From Promethearchaeota archaeon (GTDB lineage Archaea > Asgardarchaeota > Lokiarchaeia > Sigyniarchaeales > SOKP01), in NCBI GenBank assembly GCA_030606485.1, contig JAUWGH010000001.1, positions 390,001-422,000 of the forward strand: DNA of 32,000 nt, read 5' to 3'. The position numbers and the translations under genes are program-made. Shown piece after piece: positions 9,040 to 16,710 of the stretch. Below the pieces are notes generated by a model, which saw only the letters and a program-made list of their open reading frames with translations, was not told where the DNA came from and did not search any database. The first letter of the stretch is position 1. The number at the start of each line of letters is the position of its first letter.

Positions 9040-10188
9040 CTATTCACAAAAGGGATTTTGATATTTTAATATTACTTTCGCTACTTCAGGACGCATAATA
9101 TCTGCAGAGGGTTCATTTCCAGAATTAAGCACATTCCTTATTTTTGTTCCGCTGAAGAATGTGTGAAGTTCGGGAGAGTGGGGGCAAATTTTATCATTAA
9201 CGATTGAACGACATTTATTACAGTATGAAAAGGACTTAAAGAATATTGGTTCAATACCAAAGTCGGGAAATTGTTCAAATATTTTATGCGCGTCGTATGG
9301 TCCATAATAATCTCCGACTCCAGCGTGATCCCTTCCGATTATGATATGATCGCATCCAAAATTTTTTCTTGCAATCGCATGAAATATTGCTTCTTTTGGA
9401 CCAGCGTATCTCATTTCAGTTTCAAATGTACTTAACACAACCCTATCTTTTGGATAGTATTCTTTTATTAATGTTTTATAAGTCTCAATAATCACCTCAT
9501 CTAAAAAATCTCCTTTCTTTTTTTTACCTATCACTGGGTTTATAAAAAGACCATCGCAATATGTTAATCCCGCTTTTTGGACGTATTCATGACCTAAATG
9601 AGGTGGATTTCTTGTTTGAAAAGCAACAACTTTATTCCATTTTTTTGTTTTAAATAAAACTCTCGTTTCGATTGGTTTTAAATCCAAATCCGGGAATTTT
9701 GCCATTATTTCATTTATTAAGAAAATATCTCCTCCAATGAGCTTCTCTTTTTGATTAAAAACTTTATCAACACCAGGATGATTTCGATCTAAAGTTCCAT
9801 AAACCTTTTCTGCTAAAACTTTTTTATCATAATCATAAATTTCATTAACGTTCATTAAAGCTATTGGTTTATTAGTTAAATCGGTTAAAATAATTCTATC
9901 TTCAGCTTTAATATTTTTAATTTGTTCTTCCGAAACATCTAAAACAATAGGGAAAGGCCATATAACATTATTTTCTAAACACATATGTTCGAGAACATTT
10001 ATATAATCATTCCTATGCATAAATCCTTCTAATGGGCTAAAAACACCAAATGAAATATTTTTTATAACTTTACAAGTCTCATTGTCTACTTGAATTTTTT
10101 CGAATTCATCTGCTTGTTCAATCAATCTTTTCCTTTCAAATTTAGGTAATTCTTTATTTATTAAATTACCACCATGCGGTTGAATCAT
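9040..10188 (-). CDS. sat: Sulfate adenylyltransferase (Sat type)
   Basis: QTRNPPHLGH, YAGPKEAIFHA, GRDHAG, SGTKIR. Confidence 0.96.
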   Translation of the reverse strand: MIQPHGGNLINKELPKFERKRLIEQADEFEKIQVDNETCKVIKNISFGVFSPLEGFMHRNDYINVLEHMCLENNVIWPFPIVLDVSEEQIKNIKAEDRIILTDLTNKPIALMNVNEIYDYDKKVLAEKVYGTLDRNHPGVDKVFNQKEKLIGGDIFLINEIMAKFPDLDLKPIETRVLFKTKKWNKVVAFQTRNPPHLGHEYVQKAGLTYCDGLFINPVIGKKKKGDFLDEVIIETYKTLIKEYYPKDRVVLSTFETEMRYAGPKEAIFHAIARKNFGCDHIIIGRDHAGVGDYYGPYDAHKIFEQFPDFGIEPIFFKSFSYCNKCRSIVNDKICPHSPELHTFFSGTKIRNVLNSGNEPSADIMRPEVAKVILKYQNPFCE

Positions 10189-10233
10189 TTCATTTCAATT
10201 TTTTTAATGTTTTTTCTTTTTGCTTTAATAATT

Positions 10234-10473
10234 TTAATCAATATATCCTAAATCTCTTAGGCGTTGTTTAACTTTTTCTTCATCTTCTTTAGAAAATGCT
10301 TGTTTTGATTTTTCGTCTTCTTCAATAGAAGATATTACCTGTCTTAGCACATATGTTACATAACTTGAAACAGAAGGAAAACCAGTTCCTTTCATTCGTT
10401 CTTTTATTTTTTTTATTAAAGGTTTAGGAATAGACACTGTGGAATATTCAACCTTATGTTCATCTTCAGACAT
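10234..10473 (-). CDS. Ribbon-helix-helix (CopG-like) regulator with C-terminal RLRDLGY tail
   Basis: YSTVSIPKPLIKKIKERM...FPSVSSYVTYVLRQ (beta strand plus two helices); first gene of the sat operon; tail EDEEKVKQRLRDLGYID. Confidence 0.82.
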   Translation of the reverse strand: MSEDEHKVEYSTVSIPKPLIKKIKERMKGTGFPSVSSYVTYVLRQVISSIEEDEKSKQAFSKEDEEKVKQRLRDLGYID

Positions 10474-10501
10474 TTTTTATTATCATCTTTATTAAAATAC
10501 T

Positions 10502-10538
10502 TAATTATATGTAATTACACATAATTATATTATGATTA
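10502..10538. promoter_or_regulatory. Phased TAATTA array upstream of the RHH gene (putative autoregulatory operator)
   Basis: TAATTA at 10502, 10512 and 10522, plus TGATTA at 10533. Confidence 0.5.
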
Positions 10539-10721
10539 ACACTTTTTAAACATATCTTTATAAACTTTTAAGTTTAAATCTTGATATTTAATAAATTGAA
10601 AGAATATAGAACGGTATCCTTTTGATAACCGTATGAATATAAAGTATCTACCCAAAAGTGACTATAATGGTTAAGAATACAATTTTTTCTTTTAAAATAA
10701 GAGTAATATTTATATATAAAC

Positions 10722-10777
10722 TAATTATATTTAATCATATATAATTATATTTAACTATATTTAATCATATATAATTA
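10722..10777. promoter_or_regulatory. Six TAAYYA hexamers at exact 10-bp period, including a perfect 22-nt direct repeat (putative operator)
   Basis: TAATTA 10722, TAATCA 10732, TAATTA 10742, TAACTA 10752, TAATCA 10762, TAATTA 10772; 10726-10747 is identical to 10756-10777. Confidence 0.6.
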
Positions 10778-10905
10778 AACATGCTATAAATTTTCTTCCA
10801 TATTAGTATTAGAATTAAAAATAATCTAATGTAATAATGTATAAAAATAAAATCTGAACTGGAGAACCGCTTTAAAGTCCATGGTAATTATAGAGAATAA
10901 TTGAA

Positions 10906-11670
10906 GTGAAAAAAATGGAGATAATTATTTTACTTTTAATTTTTATTTTAGGGTTTTGTTGTGAGTTTATTGATAGTTCTCTTGGGATGGGATATGGAAC
11001 TTTAATGTCCCCTATTCTACTTATTCTCGGATTTGATATTTTTTTGGTTGTTCCATCAATACTCTTTTCAGAAATGCTAACTGGATTTTCAGCTTCTTTA
11101 TTTCATCATAAATTTAAAAATTTTGATTTAGTGAAGGAAGAAAAGAATAGGAAAATGGTACTAGTTCTTTCAATTTTGGGAGTTTTGGCAACTATTTTAT
11201 CCGTATTCATTGCAGTGCAGTTACCCAAAGAATTTATAAAATTATACATTGGAATACTTGTAATAATAGTTGGATTTATTTTACTCCATAGGAAAAAATT
11301 TAAATTTTCTTGGAAAAAGATGGGGATTATTGGTGTTCTTAGTGCGTTTAATAAATCAATTTCTGGAGGTGGGTTTGGTCCAGTTGTTACAGCTGGACAG
11401 TTAGTTTCCGGAAGGGATACTAAGGAGTCTATAGGAACAACTACTGCTTCAGAATTTATAATTTCTGTTGCTGGATTTTTAATGTATTTTTTGTTAAATG
11501 GATTGATTGATTTTACACTTGCTATTATTTTAGCGATTGCTGGTTTAATTGCAACTCCCTTTGGGGCTTGGGGTACTAAAAAAATTAAAAATGAAGATGT
11601 AGCTCGGAGATTAATAGGAATAATATCTATAAGCTTAGGAACTTTTACATTAATAAGGGTTTTTTCTTAG
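10906..11670 (+). CDS. TSUP (TauE/SafE) family sulfur-oxyanion transporter
   Basis: DSSLGMGYGTLMSP and SISGGGFGPVV half-repeat motifs; about 8 hydrophobic segments; divergent from the sat operon. Start may be ATG 10915. Confidence 0.88.
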   Translation: MKKMEIIILLLIFILGFCCEFIDSSLGMGYGTLMSPILLILGFDIFLVVPSILFSEMLTGFSASLFHHKFKNFDLVKEEKNRKMVLVLSILGVLATILSVFIAVQLPKEFIKLYIGILVIIVGFILLHRKKFKFSWKKMGIIGVLSAFNKSISGGGFGPVVTAGQLVSGRDTKESIGTTTASEFIISVAGFLMYFLLNGLIDFTLAIILAIAGLIATPFGAWGTKKIKNEDVARRLIGIISISLGTFTLIRVFS

Positions 11671-11788
11671 AATAATTTAAGAATCCTATTTATATCAAAA
11701 ATTTCTTTTAATGACAACTAAATTAACCAAATTTAATTCAAAATTTTTACTTTTATTTTTTTCTATCTATTATATAATTCTAAATAAA

Positions 11789-12832
11789 TCATTTTTTTGT
11801 TTTATTATAATAATCTATCCAATACTCATACATATCCTGCAAAATATCTTCTATAGACTGGGTTATTTTAAATCCTAATTCATTTTTAATTTTAGAATTG
11901 TCACCTACTATTATATCTTCATCAGTTATTCTCAATTTAGAAGGTGTTTTTTCAATTACCTTGATATTTTTAGTTGAGAAACTTAAGGCAATATTTAATA
12001 CATCCCTAATTAGAACTTTTTTATTGGAACAAACATTATACGTCTCTCCAGATTTTCCTTTTGTAGATGATAGCCAAATTGCTTGTAATGAATCTTTTAT
12101 TCCAGTTATATCTCGATATGTATTCAAATTTCCTACCTCAATTATTGGTTCTTTCAAACCCATTTCGATTTCAGCTATAGCTTTTATAAAATCTGAACTG
12201 GCATCTCCGACTTTTCGATTACCTGTTTGATTAAAAAATCGAAGCATCACTGAATTTATTCCAAAATTAATGAAATATTGACGTGCAAGAAGTTCTGTAG
12301 CAACTTTGCTTATTCCATATGGATGAATTGCTAATAAAGGGTCTTTTTCCTTTAAAGGTCTATTTATATTTGTAGATAAACCATATTCCGCACTTGAGCA
12401 AGCTATTATTACTTTGGAATTAATTTTATATTTCTTTATTGATTCAAATATATTTATTGTGCCAATTACATTAGTTTGAAAAGTATAAATAGGATCCTCC
12501 CATGATGGTATAACTTGTGATTGTGCTCCAAAATGATATAAGTATTTTGGTTTTATTTCCTTGATTATTTTTTCTATTTGTATTTTATTTCTTAAATCAC
12601 ATTCAAAAATCGTTAAATTATCACAAATTGTTGGAATTTGAATAAAATCTCCAAATATTTTTTTCTTTTCATTTTTTGAAAATACTTCCTTTCCCAAGGT
12701 ATATTGATTTAGATTAATTAAGAGTTTTCCAGGTTTTATGGATGCATAGACTATAAATTTTTTATTTATTAAAAAATCTGTTAAATGGGAGCCTAGAAAA
12801 CCATTTGCACCAGTTATTAATATTTTATCCAT
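11789..12832 (-). CDS. GDP-sugar 4,6-dehydratase / 4-keto-6-deoxy reductase (GMD/RMD/DmhA-like SDR)
   Basis: GANGFLGSHL, HFGAQSQVIPSWEDP, CSSAEYG, YGISK, EPIIEVGNLNTYRD, GKSGETYNVCS. Confidence 0.82.
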   Translation of the reverse strand: MDKILITGANGFLGSHLTDFLINKKFIVYASIKPGKLLINLNQYTLGKEVFSKNEKKKIFGDFIQIPTICDNLTIFECDLRNKIQIEKIIKEIKPKYLYHFGAQSQVIPSWEDPIYTFQTNVIGTINIFESIKKYKINSKVIIACSSAEYGLSTNINRPLKEKDPLLAIHPYGISKVATELLARQYFINFGINSVMLRFFNQTGNRKVGDASSDFIKAIAEIEMGLKEPIIEVGNLNTYRDITGIKDSLQAIWLSSTKGKSGETYNVCSNKKVLIRDVLNIALSFSTKNIKVIEKTPSKLRITDEDIIVGDNSKIKNELGFKITQSIEDILQDMYEYWIDYYNKTKK

Positions 12833-12969
12833 AATGAAAACGCTCTTCTTTCTTTAATTTATAAGTATTATTTAGTTAAGTGATAAAGGTTTTTAAATAA
12901 GTAGAAGCAATATTGTTCAATCAAATTTTCTCATTCTCTTCTTCTGAACATATTTTTCCTAAATTAATT

Positions 12970-13902
12970 TTAAGTTATTCTCAATAAATCTTTAACTTGT
13001 TTAATTATATTTTCTTTATTTAAGCCATAAAAGTTTAATAAGGATTCTCTCGTTCCGGATTGACCAAATGAGTTCTCTACTCCTATAAATTTCATAGGTA
13101 TCGAATGAGTTTCAGATAATATTCTTGCTAATATGCTCCCAAATCCACAATAAATATTATGTTCCTCAATAATAACTATTCCTTTACAATTTTTAATTTG
13201 ACTAATTAACTCTCTTTTATCAATTGGCTTAATAGTGGGAAGATTAATAACTTTGATTGATATATTAAAATATTTTTCTAATATTGAAGCAGTTTGGATA
13301 CTTAAAACACTTCCATATCCCATACCTATGAAACAAATATCTTCTCCTTCCCTTAATAAATCCGGTTTTCCTATAGAAAATCGATATTTTTTCTGGTGGA
13401 TTTCAGGAAAAGATCCTCTGGGAAGCCTAATATAAAATGGTCCTTCATTGACAATAGCGTATTTTAAGATTTGGACTAATTCGATATTATCTAATGGTAC
13501 TAATATTTTCAAATTTGGAAGTGTTGACATCAAGCTTAAATCTTCCAAAGCATGGTGTGTGCTACCATCTTCTCCCACAAAACCACTATGTGTTGTTATG
13601 ATCTTTATATTTAAATTATCATGTGCCGCTAATCGAATAAATTCCCAAGCCCTTCCAGTAGTAAATACGGAAAATCCGCTTATTATTGGAATTTTTTCTG
13701 ATATAGCAAATCCCATTGCCGTGCCAACCATATTTTGTTCGGCAACACCCATATTAAAGAACCTATTAGGAAATATTTTGGCAAATTTACTAGTTCTTGT
13801 TGAGGAAGATAAATCGGCATCTAACACAACAATATTATTATTTTTTTTGCCGATTTCGACTAAAAAATTTCCAAATGTATCTCTAAGATCAGGTTCAGAC
13901 AT
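12970..13902 (-). CDS. tkt: Transketolase, C-terminal subunit
   Basis: VLDADLSSST, FFNMGVAEQNMVG, GEDGSTHHALED, YIRLPR, IIEEHNIYCGFGS. Confidence 0.93.
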   Translation of the reverse strand: MSEPDLRDTFGNFLVEIGKKNNNIVVLDADLSSSTRTSKFAKIFPNRFFNMGVAEQNMVGTAMGFAISEKIPIISGFSVFTTGRAWEFIRLAAHDNLNIKIITTHSGFVGEDGSTHHALEDLSLMSTLPNLKILVPLDNIELVQILKYAIVNEGPFYIRLPRGSFPEIHQKKYRFSIGKPDLLREGEDICFIGMGYGSVLSIQTASILEKYFNISIKVINLPTIKPIDKRELISQIKNCKGIVIIEEHNIYCGFGSILARILSETHSIPMKFIGVENSFGQSGTRESLLNFYGLNKENIIKQVKDLLRIT

Positions 13903-14763
13903 TTAATTTATCTTTTCTCTTAATTTATTTACAACATTATCAATTTCTTTTAAAGCGATTTCATATTCTTCTTTATTTGGAGCCCTTCCATGATATTTTC
14001 TTGAATGTTGCATAAAGGATACATCTGCTCCTTTAATTAAATATGAAATTAATACTGTAGGTTTTCCAATAACATTCTTGATTTCTTTTATTTCATTAAT
14101 TATTTCATTTATATTTGAACCATCAATTTCAATAACATTCCATCCAAACGCTTTCCATTTTTCTGCTAAAGGTTCTAATCCCATAATTTCTTCCGTAAAA
14201 CCATCAATTTGAATCCCATTTCTGTCAATAACTGCAATTAAATTATCTAATTTATAATGGCTTGCAGACATAGCCGCTTCCCAAATCGATCCTTCATTTA
14301 GTTCACCATCACCTAGAAGAACATATATAAATTTTTCCTTCTTTTTATCTAATTTTGCTGCTAAAGCACAACCAACTCCTATAGATAGTCCCATCCCTAA
14401 AGATCCAGTTGAAATTTCAATTCCTAAATCTCTATTTTTTATAGGATGTCCTTGTAATTTAGAACCAAATTGTCTTAGAGTAAAAAGATCGTCTCTTTTG
14501 ATAAATCCGATTTTAGATAAAACAGCATATAAAGCTGGAGCTGCGTGCCCTTTACTTAAAATGAATATATCTCTATTTTTCCAATTGGGTTTATTGGGAT
14601 TTATTTTCATAATTTTTAAATAAAGAAGATATAATAAAGTAGAGCAAGATAAAGATCCTCCGGGATGTCCTGATTGAGCCTTATAAATCATTTTTAAAAT
14701 ATCTTTTTTAATATCCAGGCTCTCAATTAATATTTTATTTACTTCTGATTTTGATAAAGTCAT
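13903..14763 (-). CDS. tkt: Transketolase, N-terminal (ThDP-binding) subunit
   Basis: SGHPGGSLS, FILSKGHAAP, LQGHP, STGSLGMG, GDGELNEG...N ThDP motif; abuts the C-terminal subunit gene. Confidence 0.95.
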   Translation of the reverse strand: MTLSKSEVNKILIESLDIKKDILKMIYKAQSGHPGGSLSCSTLLYLLYLKIMKINPNKPNWKNRDIFILSKGHAAPALYAVLSKIGFIKRDDLFTLRQFGSKLQGHPIKNRDLGIEISTGSLGMGLSIGVGCALAAKLDKKKEKFIYVLLGDGELNEGSIWEAAMSASHYKLDNLIAVIDRNGIQIDGFTEEIMGLEPLAEKWKAFGWNVIEIDGSNINEIINEIKEIKNVIGKPTVLISYLIKGADVSFMQHSRKYHGRAPNKEEYEIALKEIDNVVNKLREKIN

Positions 14764-14786
14764 GTTTTTTTAAAAAGAATATATTA

Positions 14787-15782
14787 TTAATTATTTGAGT
14801 AAGATAAAATATACTCAATGAGTTCTTCTGAATTATAAAATGTAACAGGTGGCAAAGAAGCTGTTCGTGCTGCACCAAATAGAGCAATTTTAGTTCCGTC
14901 TGAAACTGAAATCTTTGAAGCATAAGATAATGCTAAGTTCGCCATAATAACACTTCCAACAGCAACATAACTTCTAACAGGTTCTTTTAAGATTGGAGAG
15001 ATTGTCTCTACTTTTTCATAATCTTTAGAAAAAAGATAAGATTCTGATTCTAAATAATTTAATAACACATTTTTACATTTAGAAGAGGTTAAAATTTTCT
15101 TTCCAACAATTCTAATGCTTGTCTCATTATAACATTTAACTGATAATATTTTTAGGGCTTTTTGAAGATTTATCTTAATTAAATCGATTTCCTCATAGAG
15201 ATAATAATTGGATATATGGGGACGGGCAATAATAGGAATATTTTGATATTTCTTTTTTAATTTTAATAATAATTGTTGAATAAAAGAATCCTGAAATAAT
15301 CCACCCATCCCATAATCTAAAATTAATATCGCTTCAACACTCCGAGGTTTTGTTTCAATGAATTTAAAGAAATTTTCAACCGTATGTTTCGAGATATTTT
15401 TAGTATAATCCGTTTCTAAACGAAGAACATGCTGATTCATTGCTATTATCCGAGTAATTTGAGGTGTAGTTATATTAGCGTCTATTAAAATTCCAGAAGA
15501 GTTAATCTTTAATTCGTTAATTTTTTTTAAAAATTGTTCTCCCTCATAATCTTTACCAATAACTGTGCATATCTGAGGAACTCCCCCTAATGACTGTATA
15601 TATCGTAATACTAGTCCCGCACCTCCTAAATAATTGACTGTATTTTCAATCTTTATGTTTTGAACTGGTGCATCAGGAGAGATTCTATTTGCATAACCAA
15701 AAATATATTTATCTATTAAAGCTTCTCCTATTACTAAGATTTTCCTATTTTTAAATTTTTTTATCTCATCAACAAGTGACAT
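14787..15782 (-). CDS. PfkB/HldE(RfaE)-kinase-like protein with degenerate catalytic motifs
   Basis: ILVIGEALIDKY...RISPDAPV and LGGAG resemble the HldE kinase domain; GAGD is replaced by AVGS and NxxE by NLQK. Confidence 0.78.
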   Translation of the reverse strand: MSLVDEIKKFKNRKILVIGEALIDKYIFGYANRISPDAPVQNIKIENTVNYLGGAGLVLRYIQSLGGVPQICTVIGKDYEGEQFLKKINELKINSSGILIDANITTPQITRIIAMNQHVLRLETDYTKNISKHTVENFFKFIETKPRSVEAILILDYGMGGLFQDSFIQQLLLKLKKKYQNIPIIARPHISNYYLYEEIDLIKINLQKALKILSVKCYNETSIRIVGKKILTSSKCKNVLLNYLESESYLFSKDYEKVETISPILKEPVRSYVAVGSVIMANLALSYASKISVSDGTKIALFGAARTASLPPVTFYNSEELIEYILSYSNN

Positions 15783-15799
15783 TTTAAGATTTTTTTTGG

Positions 15800-16459
15800 T
15801 TATTTATTTTTTAATTGATTTTGCAATTTTTCCCAATCCTTAAGAAAGGCTTCTAGACCTTTATCTGTATTTGGGTGTTTAAACATTTTTTCTAAGACAG
15901 CAAATGGAATAGTAGCTACATGAGCACCCATTTTAGCAGCTTCTACGACATGTCTTGCATTTCTAATTGAAGCTACGAGTAATTTAGATTTAAAATCATA
16001 AGCGTTTATAATTTCCATCATCTCCCAAAGCGTATCTATTTCGTTTTGACTATTATCCATTAATCTTCCGATAAAAGGACTGATATATGTAGCCCCCGCT
16101 TTAGCTGCGATTAAAACTTGATTTTGCGAAAAGACGAGTGTTACATTCGTTTTTATTCCTTCTTTATCAAGTATTTTAACAGCTTTTATTCCATCTTTAG
16201 TCATAGGAATTTTAACAACTATATTTGAAGCAATTTTAGATAATTCACGGGCTTCTTTTACCATCACTTCAGTTGTTAGTCCAATCACCTCTGCACTTAC
16301 AGGGCCTTTAACTATTTCGCAAATCTTTTTTAATTGTTCATTAGGCTCCGCTCCTTCTTTTGCCAAGAGAGTAGGATTTGTTGTGACTCCATCAATTATA
16401 CCTAATTCTTGCATTTCTTTTATTTGGTCTAAATTTGCTGTATCTATAAAAAATTCCAT
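15800..16459 (-). CDS. tal: Transaldolase (TalC/FSA-like subfamily)
   Basis: [13 protein letters not shown] (Glu), VVKIPMT Schiff-base Lys, YISPF (Phe, as in Tal rather than FSA); AGGTGA SD. Confidence 0.93.
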   Translation of the reverse strand: MEFFIDTANLDQIKEMQELGIIDGVTTNPTLLAKEGAEPNEQLKKICEIVKGPVSAEVIGLTTEVMVKEARELSKIASNIVVKIPMTKDGIKAVKILDKEGIKTNVTLVFSQNQVLIAAKAGATYISPFIGRLMDNSQNEIDTLWEMMEIINAYDFKSKLLVASIRNARHVVEAAKMGAHVATIPFAVLEKMFKHPNTDKGLEAFLKDWEKLQNQLKNK

Positions 16460-16710
16460 TTATAAATCACCTATTATAATAATAATGATAAAAATAAAAA
16501 TAATGTTTAACCTATAAGTTTTAAGCAAAATCTAACATATTTTCAAAAATCAATATTTACAATTAAAATATAAACAAATTAAAATTTAATCCTATTTCCT
16601 ATTTTACAATGTAAATAAATAAAAAATGAAAAACATCATATTAAATTAAAATTAATTCTAGATAAACATATTTCATACCATAGTTAAGTGATTTTTATGA
16701 ATCTTGAATT

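Noticed and set aside
7041-10188. Dissimilatory or assimilatory sulfate reduction
   Set aside because: No aprAB, dsrAB, cysH or sulfite reductase in the window; APS kinase and the glycan context point to PAPS production. The rest of the genome is unseen.
10722-10777. CRISPR array or mini-array
   Set aside because: Period of only 10/30 nt, no unique spacers and no cas genes
15800-16459. Fructose-6-phosphate aldolase (FSA)
   Set aside because: Has the transaldolase-type Glu (SAEV) and Phe (SPF) rather than the FSA Gln/Tyr
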